This document shows, piece by piece, positions 1-9,279 of a DNA stretch of 64,000 nucleotides. A program made the translations under genes and the position numbers. Every line of letters starts with the position of its first letter. Within the stretch, counting starts at the first letter, position 1. This DNA comes from Turneriella sp. (GTDB taxonomy: Bacteria > Spirochaetota > Leptospiria > Turneriellales > Turneriellaceae): positions 1,088,001-1,152,000 of the forward strand of contig CBDIID010000003.1 in assembly GCA_965279515.1 (NCBI GenBank), in the 5' to 3' direction. The notes below the pieces were generated by a model, which was not told the origin of the DNA, made no database searches, and saw nothing but the letters and a program-made list of their open reading frames with translations.

Positions 1-291
1 GGAGAGGCGGGTTTCCTGTTTCAGGAGATTAAATCGTTCAGAACGCGAACTGCCGAAAACCACAACGGTTTTCGTGCCAACCTTTTTTGCCGCAAAGCTC
101 GCTTCTTTATCGAGGCGAATCTTCGCTGTTTCGTTGAGAGCAAGCCCGGCATCGCGTGCCTTTGCGGGCAGCAGCAGCAATGCTTTGTCGACCAGTATCA
201 CTGCGACGAGAACGATTACCGGATAATAGAGCCAGCGCCGCGATGGCGGGCGACGGTTCCGGAGCGAAGTCGAGGGATCAGAACTGGACAT
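1..291 (-). CDS. Partial CDS running off the window start; DUF1574/SGNH-like partner of the MBOAT
   Basis: Manual translation from ATG 291 gives MSSSDPSTSLRNRRPPSRRWLYYPVIVLVAVILVDK...TVVVFGSSRS. It has an N-terminal TM helix and a GSSR block, overlaps the MBOAT stop, and has no stop codon down to position 1. Confidence 0.65.
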   Translation of the reverse strand, partial: MSSSDPSTSLRNRRPPSRRWLYYPVIVLVAVILVDKALLLLPAKARDAGLALNETAKIRLDKEASFAAKKVGTKTVVVFGSSRSERFNLLKQETRLS

Positions 292-1693
292 AGATGAAGG
301 CCTCATTGGGTATTTGTATGCGTGCAATCAGAAAGACAATCACGAACATCAGCAATGGCACCCAGATTTTGGCGCGGGGAATAAAATATCCGAGCAACGC
401 ATCGCGCCGCATCTCGAGGTATTGCACGAGCCATGTCAGTATGATCAGCGATAACACGAGCGAAACGGTGAGCGTCGCTGTTTTCCAGACAAAGACCTGT
501 GAGATGATGCTGAGCGCCGACTTAAAATCTGAAGCGCGGAAAAAAACAAAGGCAAAACTCCAGCCGACAACGACCCAGAGATTGCGCACCAGCCACCAAA
601 AGTTGTTCGCGGGCGACTTGCCTACTTTCAGGATTTTCTCCACACAGAGAAAAAGGCCGTGCAGCACACCCCACACCAGAAAGTTCAGCGTCTCGCCGTG
701 CCAGATACCCGAGAGCACCATGGCCGCGAATAAGTTGAAATACTGGCGTACAGCGCCGACGCGGTTACCCCCCAAAGGAAAATAAATATATTCCCGGATA
801 AAGGCAGAGAGCGTGATATGCCAACGTGTCCATAGCTCTGAAAAACTCGTCGAAAAATACGGGCTGCGAAAATTCACCGGCATATCGTAACCGAAAAGTT
901 TTGCCATACCGCGCGCCATGTCGATAAAGCCGGAGAAATCACAATAGATCTGCGCGCTATAGCCAAAGATTGCCAAGAGCGTATCGATGCTGCCGTACTC
1001 CGCCGGCGCCTTGAACACGGGATTAATGAGGTAGCCCAGTACGTCAGCGATAAACAGCTTCTTTATTAATCCGAGCGCGATCAGGTACAGACCGCGCGTC
1101 TGCCCCTCTTGCGACTCGACTTCATTGCCGATCTGGGCATAAAAATCCGAAGAGCGCAGAATCGGGCCCGAAATCAGGTGAGGGAAAAACAGCATAAAGA
1201 GAAAAAACTTTCCCGGTGCGACGTCACTGACTTGTGACGGCTGCAAAGACGGCCTCGTGCCGACAGCCGTCCCTGAGGCATCCATGCCTTTGGTTCTTGA
1301 GACATCCACCTGAAAGGCAATAAACTGGAAGGTGTAAAAGCTGATCGCCAGCGGCATGACGATCTTGAGCGTTGCGGGGTCAGCAATGCCTGCATGCGGC
1401 GCAACCAGCGCCACCGCCGAATTGAAATATTTAAAAAATACCAGGTGCAGTATATTCAGTGCAACCGCAAATACCAGTGTCGCGCGGGAGGCCGAAGCGG
1501 CGATGCGACGCGCGAGAAAATAGTTGATCGCAATGACAATCAGAAAATGCAGCAGAAACGCCGGGCTATAAAAACCGTAATAGAACAACGAAGCGGCGAT
1601 GAGAAAACCCACGCGCAGGCGCTGCGGCAGGTTCCAGTAGATCAGGAACGAAAAACTAAAGAAGGCAACAAAAATGAGCGAAAGAAAGTTCAC
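278..1693 (-). CDS. MBOAT family O-acyltransferase (AlgI/DltB-like)
   Basis: Motifs PLAISFYTFQ, FFPHLISGPI, YCDFSG, NFRSPY, WTRWHITLS and SGIWHG; multi-pass membrane protein. Confidence 0.93.
   Translation of the reverse strand: MNFLSLIFVAFFSFSFLIYWNLPQRLRVGFLIAASLFYYGFYSPAFLLHFLIVIAINYFLARRIAASASRATLVFAVALNILHLVFFKYFNSAVALVAPHAGIADPATLKIVMPLAISFYTFQFIAFQVDVSRTKGMDASGTAVGTRPSLQPSQVSDVAPGKFFLFMLFFPHLISGPILRSSDFYAQIGNEVESQEGQTRGLYLIALGLIKKLFIADVLGYLINPVFKAPAEYGSIDTLLAIFGYSAQIYCDFSGFIDMARGMAKLFGYDMPVNFRSPYFSTSFSELWTRWHITLSAFIREYIYFPLGGNRVGAVRQYFNLFAAMVLSGIWHGETLNFLVWGVLHGLFLCVEKILKVGKSPANNFWWLVRNLWVVVGWSFAFVFFRASDFKSALSIISQVFVWKTATLTVSLVLSLIILTWLVQYLEMRRDALLGYFIPRAKIWVPLLMFVIVFLIARIQIPNEAFIYVQF
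1236..1289 (-). repeat. Double-hairpin GGA-loop element, in frame inside the MBOAT
   Basis: Sense strand reads aggca-TGGA-tgcct ca gg gacggctg tc ggc-ACGAG-gcc gtctttg cagccgtc; 54 nt. Confidence 0.7.
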
Positions 1694-1734
1694 GAGATGT
1701 CATTGTGACCGACGGATTTAAAGGCGCAAGCGAA

Positions 1735-2625
1735 TTAGAACTCGAATACCGCGGCGAGGTAGGCGGCGTCGCGTCGGGGGATGACCGCCGTCTGCGCATA
1801 GCGGATTTTTTGTCCTGGCGATGCCCCTTCCGCCGCGCTGCCGTTATTGCCAGAAAAGTCGCGGCGGAAATTCTGTCCCGTTGTCCAGCCGATGATGTGA
1901 CCGATCATTGCCCCCGCGACGACGTCTGAAAACCAGTGCGAGTCGTTTTCGAGGACACTGAGCCCCATTGCCAGGGAAACCGGATAACCAATGATGGCAA
2001 TCCAGTGCTTTTTAGGGTAATATGCATAAAGCGCAGACACAAAAGTAATCGTCGACGATGTATGGCCCGAAGGCCAGAAAAAGCGCCCTTCGCTGCGACT
2101 GAAGTCAGTGTTGAAGAAACGGAAATCCGTAGCATTGTCGGTGCGGGTGAAATCCGACGGCGCATTCGGGTCGCCATCCTTGAGCGGGGCCTGGCGGCCG
2201 CTGACATATTTCATCAGCATGGTGATCAGCCCGGTTGTCGCAATCGCCTGTATCGTCGCCGACCCCGCGCCGATGACTTCGTTGTCTGATTCCTTGAGAC
2301 CCCAGAGATACATGACGACGGCAGGGGTAATCTGCCAGAACCAGCCGAGAAAAAGCCCGACCTTACCGAAATCGCGGCCAATCGGGTCCTTCCAGAAAAA
2401 TTTTTGCACCGCATTGTCGGCGCCGCTCTGGGCAATGACGTAGGTTGAGCCGATCGCCCCCAGATGCCAGAAGCTGTTCCAGCCTGCATACGAGTCATAG
2501 ACATTGCCCAAGACGTTGTGCCACGGGTGCAATCTTTTGCCCTGATTTTCAGCGGGGGGATTTTCCGCGGCGGCGACGACGGACAGCGAAAGCAGCAAAA
2601 CGCACGTGACTTTTTTCAAAAACAT
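1735..2625 (-). CDS. PAP2-family phosphatase with signal peptide
   Basis: Likely start MFLKKVTC at 2625. Motifs KYVSGRQAP, WPSGHT and HWFSDVVAG. Confidence 0.85.
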   Translation of the reverse strand: MFLKKVTCVLLLSLSVVAAAENPPAENQGKRLHPWHNVLGNVYDSYAGWNSFWHLGAIGSTYVIAQSGADNAVQKFFWKDPIGRDFGKVGLFLGWFWQITPAVVMYLWGLKESDNEVIGAGSATIQAIATTGLITMLMKYVSGRQAPLKDGDPNAPSDFTRTDNATDFRFFNTDFSRSEGRFFWPSGHTSSTITFVSALYAYYPKKHWIAIIGYPVSLAMGLSVLENDSHWFSDVVAGAMIGHIIGWTTGQNFRRDFSGNNGSAAEGASPGQKIRYAQTAVIPRRDAAYLAAVFEF

Positions 2626-2718
2626 ACGACCGGTTCGGCAGGCAGGCTGAAAAGCAAACGGCGGCCGAACATCCAAATATGCTGGACGGCGCCCGGCCAT
2701 GCTTCCGACACGGGAAAC

Positions 2719-3522
2719 ATGCTGAAAGTTATTGCATCCATCCTTCTGAGCCTGGCTCTTCTCGCCCCGGCAAATGCCGCCGACCCGGCCGCCGCGAAAT
2801 ATATCGAATATCTTCCCGGCACGATGCCGCTGATTCTTGAAGTACCGCATGACGGCATCGAGGCTTATCCCGGTGTCGCCGAACGCACAAATCCCAAAGG
2901 GTTTCCGGCATTCCGCAAAGGCAGGGATACGAACACCGCTGAACTTGCCCGCAAGCTACAGGCGGGCTTTTTCGAAAAAACAGGAAAAAAGCCCTATGTC
3001 GTCATCATGAAACTTGCCCGTAAGTGGGTGGATGTCAACCGCGAAGAAGAGCGCGGTGTGGAGAACGAGAAGATCGCAGAGGTCTACCGTCTCTACTATA
3101 CAAAACTGCACGAAGCCAAAAATGAAATTATCCAGAAACACGGGAAAGGCCTGATCCTCAATATCCATTCGAGCAACACCTGGCAGCATGACGTCTATTT
3201 CGGCAGTGGCGGCATGAAGGCCGTGAAGCCGCTCATCAAACGCTCTGGTTTCAACGCCTACAGCGGCGAATTCAGCATACAGCAAACGCTCTCCGACAAG
3301 GGCTATGAAATTCCCGGTTATAAAAATATTCCGTCAGAACAAGGGCCGACAGGTAATGTCAACCGCGCGCTGACGTGGGTTGATAAGGACAGCAAGCTCG
3401 ACGCGATCGAAATTGAAATCAATGGCAAAAAACACCTCGAAGAAGCGGAGAGCCTGACAAAGTTCTCGGAAGATTTTGGCGAAGCGGTACTGAAGTTCGT
3501 GAAGAAGTATTACACACCATGA
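2719..3522 (+). CDS. Secreted N-formylglutamate amidohydrolase-like protein
   Basis: Signal peptide MLKVIASILLSLALLAPANA. Motifs LILEVPHDG, ARKWVDVNR and LILNIHS. Confidence 0.7.
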   Translation: MLKVIASILLSLALLAPANAADPAAAKYIEYLPGTMPLILEVPHDGIEAYPGVAERTNPKGFPAFRKGRDTNTAELARKLQAGFFEKTGKKPYVVIMKLARKWVDVNREEERGVENEKIAEVYRLYYTKLHEAKNEIIQKHGKGLILNIHSSNTWQHDVYFGSGGMKAVKPLIKRSGFNAYSGEFSIQQTLSDKGYEIPGYKNIPSEQGPTGNVNRALTWVDKDSKLDAIEIEINGKKHLEEAESLTKFSEDFGEAVLKFVKKYYTP

Positions 3523-4478
3523 AAATTTTCATCACGGGCGCCTCGGGTTTCGTCGGCTCAGCGGTTGTCACACAACTTAAGAAGAAACATTCGCTCTTTG
3601 CGATGTCGCGTTCTGAAAAGAGCGACGCGGCGATCAAAAAGCTCGGCGCCAAACCCGTGCGCTCAGAGCTCGGCAAGGTTTCGCCTGCCGACCTCAAAGG
3701 CATCGATGTGATCGTGCACGCGGCGGCATTCGTCGAACAATGGGGTACTAAAGAAGATTTCTGGAAAGCGAACGTCACTGGCACCGAACAAATCATCGAA
3801 GCCGCGAAGGCGGCGAAAGTAAAACGTTTTATATTTATTGGAACCGAAGCCTGCCTGTTCCACGGGCAAGACATGATCAATATCGACGAGAGCTATCCCT
3901 ACCCCGAAAGTACACCTTTTCTTTATTCACTGACCAAGGGCGAAGCTGAGAAACGCGTGATCGCCGCAAATACCAAAACCTTTGCAACGCTGTCCATACG
4001 CCCGCGGCTCGTCTGGGGCACCGGTGACAAAACCATACTGCCCGTGCTCGTCGATATGATCCAAAAGAAAAAATTCATGTGGATGGACCACGGCGCCAAA
4101 AATACCGACACCACACACATTCTGAACCTGGTGCACGCGGTAGAGCTCGGCCTCAAAAAAGGCAAAGGCGGCGAAGTCTATTTTGTCACCGACGGCGAAA
4201 AAACGACCTTCCGCGAATTCCTCGGCCGATACCTTGCCACACAGGGAATCACCGCTCCGCAAAAATCCATCCCCGGTTCTGTGGCGCGTGGCGTCGCCGC
4301 CCTCGTCGAGGGGATCTGGAAATTGTTTCGGCTCAAGGGTGAACCGCCACTGACCCGCTTTGCCGCGGCGATTATGTCGCGTCATTGCACGATCCGCATC
4401 GATAAGATTCAGGCAGATATGGGTTATAAGCCGGTGCTTTCCGTGGCCCAGGGCCTTCAAAACATGCCCCGACTCTAG
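3519..4478 (+). CDS. NAD-dependent epimerase/dehydratase (3-beta-HSD-like extended SDR)
   Basis: Motifs TGASGFVG, HAAA and YSLTK. Confidence 0.9.
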   Translation: MKIFITGASGFVGSAVVTQLKKKHSLFAMSRSEKSDAAIKKLGAKPVRSELGKVSPADLKGIDVIVHAAAFVEQWGTKEDFWKANVTGTEQIIEAAKAAKVKRFIFIGTEACLFHGQDMINIDESYPYPESTPFLYSLTKGEAEKRVIAANTKTFATLSIRPRLVWGTGDKTILPVLVDMIQKKKFMWMDHGAKNTDTTHILNLVHAVELGLKKGKGGEVYFVTDGEKTTFREFLGRYLATQGITAPQKSIPGSVARGVAALVEGIWKLFRLKGEPPLTRFAAAIMSRHCTIRIDKIQADMGYKPVLSVAQGLQNMPRL

Positions 4479-4531
4479 ACCCTACGGTCCCGTGGCGGCT
4501 CTGCCGATAATCGACTATGCGATTATCCAAT

Positions 4532-4584
4532 GTTACACGAGGTAACTGGGGACGGCGGACAGGAGGTCCTCTTTTTGCCGTCCT
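4532..4584 (+). repeat. Double-hairpin GGA-loop element upstream of or within the 5' end of the spoIID-like gene
   Basis: gttac-ACGAG-gtaac tg gggacggc ggac-AGGAG-gtcc tcttttt gccgtcct; 53 nt. Confidence 0.7.
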
Positions 4585-4612
4585 GGCGGATTTACCGCGT
4601 AGCGGGCGGCTT

Positions 4613-5722
4613 TTGCACCTTGTTGCGGCGGCAATTTTATTGATCACGGCCTGCTCCCCGAGGGGAAAAGGCAGGTTTTCCTCTTATATATATAAATCCT
4701 CAGGCAGTACCTCCCTGCCCCACGATGCCGACGGCGGCATCATTGTGCGGGTGAAACTCTTTGCCGGTGAATCGTTGACCATCAAGGCCGACGACTATAC
4801 CTTCACCTCAGGCAAAACTACCCGCCGCGGTTCGGGTTCGATCACCATCACCGAAGAAGGTGTCTTGCAACCCAAGGGCTATTTTGTACTGGGTTCAAAA
4901 CGTTATCACGGCGCGCTCGAAGCCAAACGCGACAGCGGAGGTTGGCTCTACATCAACCATGTACCGATGGATGAATACTTAACATCCGTTGTAAGCCACG
5001 AGATGAGCCCGTCATGGCATAGCGAGGCGCTGAAGGCCCAGGCCGTTGTCGCGCGTACCTACCTGCTTCTCAAAATGAAAGAGCGCGCAAAGAAGCCATA
5101 CGACGTCGACACCACAACCAACTTCCAGGTCTATGGCGGTATCAAAAAGGGTGACACGGGTGCGCGCAACGCGGTGGCAGAAACGCATAATGAGGTTCTT
5201 TACCACGGCGACAAATTGGCGCAGACATTTTTTCACTCTTCGTGTGGTGGTACGCTTGCATCGGCCGAAGAGGTTTGGGGTAAATCGGTGCCCTACCTGG
5301 GTGTACAAAGCTCACCCTATTGCTCCAGCGCACCGGTCTACAAATGGTCGATTAAAATTCCCTTCACCGAAATCGGTCGTCGGCTCGCTGCCAGCGGCGT
5401 GCGCAGTGTCAGCGTGGCCGAGCGCAGCCCGTCAAAACGCGTGAAGACGCTCAACATCGTCACGGCCTCGGGCACCAAGAAAGTGCGCGCGGATAAATTC
5501 CGTACGGCACTGGGCGCGCTCAAGGTAAAATCGACCTTCTTCGGCGTCGCGCGCGACGGCAATGCAGTGATTCTCACCGGCCGCGGTTTTGGCCACGGCG
5601 TCGGCATGTGCCAGTGGGGCGCAAAAGTTCAGGCCGATGAGCGGGGCACGAGCTACCGCCGTATTCTCGACCATTATTTTCCGGGAACATCGCTGCGTGC
5701 CGTGAACGCACAGAGCGTCTAA
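4613..5722 (+). CDS. SpoIID/LytB-domain lytic transglycosylase, probable lipoprotein
   Basis: Motifs YLTSVVSHEM, EALKAQAVVARTY, FQVYGG and GHGVGMCQWGA. TTG at 4613 gives a lipobox (LITAC); the ORF is open from 4517. Confidence 0.88.
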   Translation: MHLVAAAILLITACSPRGKGRFSSYIYKSSGSTSLPHDADGGIIVRVKLFAGESLTIKADDYTFTSGKTTRRGSGSITITEEGVLQPKGYFVLGSKRYHGALEAKRDSGGWLYINHVPMDEYLTSVVSHEMSPSWHSEALKAQAVVARTYLLLKMKERAKKPYDVDTTTNFQVYGGIKKGDTGARNAVAETHNEVLYHGDKLAQTFFHSSCGGTLASAEEVWGKSVPYLGVQSSPYCSSAPVYKWSIKIPFTEIGRRLAASGVRSVSVAERSPSKRVKTLNIVTASGTKKVRADKFRTALGALKVKSTFFGVARDGNAVILTGRGFGHGVGMCQWGAKVQADERGTSYRRILDHYFPGTSLRAVNAQSV

Positions 5723-6339
5723 TGGCGAGAAAAGCAAAAACATCCCCCGACGTTTACCGCGGTCACATTCAGACGCCCTCGGCTGCCGCGCCCACACAAA
5801 GCGAATATACATCACCGCTGGCACGCACATCACTGCCGGCCGTGAGCTGGTATGAATTTATCGCCACAGGTTTTTTCTCAGGCTACCTGCCGAAAGCACC
5901 GGGTACCTGGGGTTCGATTTTCGCCATCCTCATCTTTTTCCTCACCGCGAGAATGATTCCGCATGAAGGTTTTTTTATGGTGGGATTTCTCCCGGTGTCG
6001 TGGTTTGCGATCGTGCTGGGCATCATCACCACGGTGCTGGGCATCTATACGTCGCAGCGTCTTGCCGACGAATGGCGCGAGAAGGACCCGGGTGAAATTG
6101 TCATCGACGAATTTGCCGGCATATTTTTTGCCTGTGCGCTGGTGACACCGACCCTTTTCTCACTGGCCGCTGCTTTTCTTTTGTTCCGCTTTTTCGATAT
6201 CGTCAAACCGGGCCCGATTACAAAACTGCAGAACCTGCCCGGCGGCCAAGGCATCGTGCTCGACGACGTGCTCGCGGGCATTTTTGCCGCGCCGCTGGCA
6301 TTCGCCGCAGAGCTCATTTACCGGAAAATTTCTGGTTAA
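5722..6339 (+). CDS. pgpA: Phosphatidylglycerophosphatase A
   Basis: Motifs APGTWGS, DPGEIVIDE, FRFFDIVKP and DDVLAG. Confidence 0.93.
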   Translation: MARKAKTSPDVYRGHIQTPSAAAPTQSEYTSPLARTSLPAVSWYEFIATGFFSGYLPKAPGTWGSIFAILIFFLTARMIPHEGFFMVGFLPVSWFAIVLGIITTVLGIYTSQRLADEWREKDPGEIVIDEFAGIFFACALVTPTLFSLAAAFLLFRFFDIVKPGPITKLQNLPGGQGIVLDDVLAGIFAAPLAFAAELIYRKISG

Positions 6340-6342
6340 GCC

Positions 6343-7212
6343 ATGGGAAAAAACCGGCTACAGGTTCTCTACAATGTTCTCGAAAAGGAATTCTCCGGTT
6401 CGGAAGAGGTATTCTTAAGCGCCGAGAAATCCCGCTTTGCGCTGCGTGAAAATTACCAAGCAATTCTGAAAACGATCACAGAGGCGACAGAAAAGCTCGA
6501 CCATTATCCCCAGGCGGCGGCCTTGAAACGCATTCGCCTCATCGAAACGCTGCTCAAAGATCTCTTGCTGCGCTATGAGACCGAACGCCGCCATTTTAAC
6601 GCGCTGGGCTTTCTGCTCGGGCGCCTGCGCTCAAACCTCGCGACCGAAATGCTTGAGCCGCGCCTCTACCAGAAGATACGCTCAGCGCTCGAACAGGAAG
6701 AAAACTTCGTGCGCCTCAGGGAAAAGTATCCCGATGCCGATGCGGTGATCACCGAACCCAAAGCGCCGCCAAAACCGCAAAAGCCGGTGAAGAAAGTACG
6801 GCTGATGCTGATCGCCGCTGCGAATTTACACTATGCGATACCCGTAACAAAAATCTGGAAAAAGACGCCCGCCGCAGGGCCTATCGCGGAGAAGCTTCTG
6901 AAGACGGGCTTCTCGCACATGCGCCTGCCCGTCGACGGCAAACCTGCGCGTGATTACGCACATGCGGTGGCCTACTCCGACTTCAAAGACGAACGCCGCC
7001 TGGTCTATTGCGATACTTATTTCATGCCTGTGGAAATCCCCCAGAAAATGCTGAAGCAGATGGTGGTCTTTGCCACCAGCAAAGTGGGAGATCAGGCGGA
7101 GCACCGGCCATACGTTACGTTTTATGGCCGTCACTTTTTTGTGTACGGCGCACGTTTGAGTTACACTGTTCGCACCGGTGGCCGCGTCAGATCAATCTCA
7201 CCTGGGCGTTGA
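6343..7212 (+). CDS. Hypothetical protein with a helical N-terminus
   Basis: 289-aa ORF tightly packed in the operon. Confidence 0.75.
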   Translation: MGKNRLQVLYNVLEKEFSGSEEVFLSAEKSRFALRENYQAILKTITEATEKLDHYPQAAALKRIRLIETLLKDLLLRYETERRHFNALGFLLGRLRSNLATEMLEPRLYQKIRSALEQEENFVRLREKYPDADAVITEPKAPPKPQKPVKKVRLMLIAAANLHYAIPVTKIWKKTPAAGPIAEKLLKTGFSHMRLPVDGKPARDYAHAVAYSDFKDERRLVYCDTYFMPVEIPQKMLKQMVVFATSKVGDQAEHRPYVTFYGRHFFVYGARLSYTVRTGGRVRSISPGR

Positions 7213-8329
7213 CGTTCTGCATCGCCTGATGCGCCTTTTCATGGAACATAAAACCGATGTGCTGCCAGTGATCGAGCGCGGCCGCATCGTCGGTGAGATC
7301 GACCGCCTTGCGATCATGGAAGCGCTCAGCGAGATCAGGCCCGAAGGTTACATGCTCGAGATCAAACCGCCGGGCTCTGCCGACGATTTTCTGCGGCGCC
7401 TCGACGCTGCGGGCGCCGACACGCTCGCTACCATCAACCGCAATTTTGAATTCAACGCGCTCTGGGGCCGCGCAGAAATTTTACAGGCGCAGGGTAAGAT
7501 TCCGCAGGTGAAAATCTGGACACCACAGACGGAACAACGCCGCGCAGAATCTGAGATGCCCGCGCCGGAGACGCAGCCGGCCCTGCGCAGCGCGCCTGCC
7601 GTTGCCTTGCGCGACGTGGAAGAACCGACCGGTTCTACTTTCACGATTGTCCGCGAAGCACCGAAGCCAACACCCATAGAAGCTGCCCCGCCTGCCCGCG
7701 TCGAAACCCGTCCCGTGGCAGAAAACCTGCACCGCGAAATTGAACGCGGCCGTCTGGCGATCAACACGCTTGCGGCTCTCGACCTGCCGCTCATGGCCTG
7801 CGACGGTGTCGGCAGCGAGATTTTTCATAACCGCGCCTTTGCGGAGATACGCATGCGCGACGCGATCAACCTCAAAAGCGAAGATCTCGTGCTACGGGCC
7901 AAAGATGCCATCACCGAAAGCGCGCTGAAGGGCGAACTCGACATCGAGAAGGCCGTGAAGATCAAAGCCGGCCCGCGCGGCTATGATGTGCTCTGTAAGG
8001 CCATCCGTAATTTTGACGACCCGACCTCGCGTGCCGTCGGCTACATATTCTGGCTGATCCCCCACGTGCTGCCAGGACCGCAGTTATACACCACGGACTC
8101 AGCGACCGGCGACTATGCCGGTAAAACCCTGCCTGAAATTCTTGCCGCCGAAGAATCGAAGGCGATGGCATGGGCGATGCGCGAGGCTGACGGCAATCAA
8201 TCCGACGCGGCACTATTGCTTGGCATACCGCGGCAGACATTCAACTACCGTTACCGCAAGCTCATGCGCGGGAGGCCCGTGCGCGAGCAGCAACCTAAAA
8301 TAAAAAAGGAAAAAAGTACCGGTGAGTAA
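7178..8329 (+). CDS. CBS-like domain protein with a C-terminal Fis-type HTH
   Basis: N-terminal LPVIERGRIVGEIDR (CBS-like). C-terminal AMREADGNQSDAALLLGIPRQTFNYR (HTH_8). Confidence 0.75.
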   Translation: MAASDQSHLGVDVLHRLMRLFMEHKTDVLPVIERGRIVGEIDRLAIMEALSEIRPEGYMLEIKPPGSADDFLRRLDAAGADTLATINRNFEFNALWGRAEILQAQGKIPQVKIWTPQTEQRRAESEMPAPETQPALRSAPAVALRDVEEPTGSTFTIVREAPKPTPIEAAPPARVETRPVAENLHREIERGRLAINTLAALDLPLMACDGVGSEIFHNRAFAEIRMRDAINLKSEDLVLRAKDAITESALKGELDIEKAVKIKAGPRGYDVLCKAIRNFDDPTSRAVGYIFWLIPHVLPGPQLYTTDSATGDYAGKTLPEILAAEESKAMAWAMREADGNQSDAALLLGIPRQTFNYRYRKLMRGRPVREQQPKIKKEKSTGE

Positions 8330-8334
8330 TACAC

Positions 8335-9279
8335 ATGCCCGCACCTGAAGAAAAGAAAAAATTCCCGCTGAAAAAGCGCATTTCACATGTGCTGGAATTC
8401 GGATTTACCATGTTATTCTTTGGCATCATTAATTTATTTCCGTTTTCTGCGTTGCATTCGGTGTCCAGATTCTTCCGCATTCTGCTATCGCCGTTTTTGA
8501 ACTCGGCGCGCCGCCGCATCCGTGCCCACGTCGCAGAGACGCTGAAAATTACTGACGAGAAGGAACTGAAGCGCTTCGTAAACAACAACCTCGACAACAC
8601 AATCCGCAGCTTTTTCGAATTGATGCAGGCGTGGAAGATGAAAAATAAAAAATTCATCGCCAAGTACGTCGAGTTCGGCGAAGATTCCCTCGAAATAGCC
8701 AACGACCGCACACAAGGTGTCGTGTTCGCTGAAGGCCATTTCGGCAATTGGGAGATCCCCATTCCGGCGTACGCCTCGATCGGCTTCAAGGTTTTTTTCT
8801 CCGCGCAGAAATTGTCGAATCCTTATGTCGACGCCTGGACACACCGTACCCGTATCGGCTATGGCGGCGGCGGCCCTATTTACCTCAGAGAGGCTGAAAA
8901 ATTTATTCCACTCTTGCGCCGCAAAGAACCGCTGGGCCTTGTTTCTGACCAGGATGCGGGACACGACGGTATTTTCGTAAATTTCATGGGGCGCATGGCG
9001 GCTACGCATACCGGACCGGCTTTGCTCGCCTACCTGGGCAAGGCCAAACTTGCTGTCGGCTTCTGCGTGCACCAGGGTAAGGGCAGGTACAAGTTTTATT
9101 CACGCATTCTCTACCGTTTCAAAAATAAATCCGACTTCGCTTCATCGTCTGAGGCAGCGGAAAAACTGACAAAACTCTGGGTGGGTGAGCTCGAAAAAGA
9201 GATTCGCAAGTATCCCGAGCAGTATTTCTGGGTACACCGCCGCTGGAAAACGCGGCCACCCGAAGAGCAGGCAGGCTGA
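8335..9279 (+). CDS. Lipid A late acyltransferase (LpxL/HtrB family)
   Basis: Motifs GHFGNWE, DQDAG and YPEQYFWVHRRWK. Confidence 0.9.
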   Translation: MPAPEEKKKFPLKKRISHVLEFGFTMLFFGIINLFPFSALHSVSRFFRILLSPFLNSARRRIRAHVAETLKITDEKELKRFVNNNLDNTIRSFFELMQAWKMKNKKFIAKYVEFGEDSLEIANDRTQGVVFAEGHFGNWEIPIPAYASIGFKVFFSAQKLSNPYVDAWTHRTRIGYGGGGPIYLREAEKFIPLLRRKEPLGLVSDQDAGHDGIFVNFMGRMAATHTGPALLAYLGKAKLAVGFCVHQGKGRYKFYSRILYRFKNKSDFASSSEAAEKLTKLWVGELEKEIRKYPEQYFWVHRRWKTRPPEEQAG

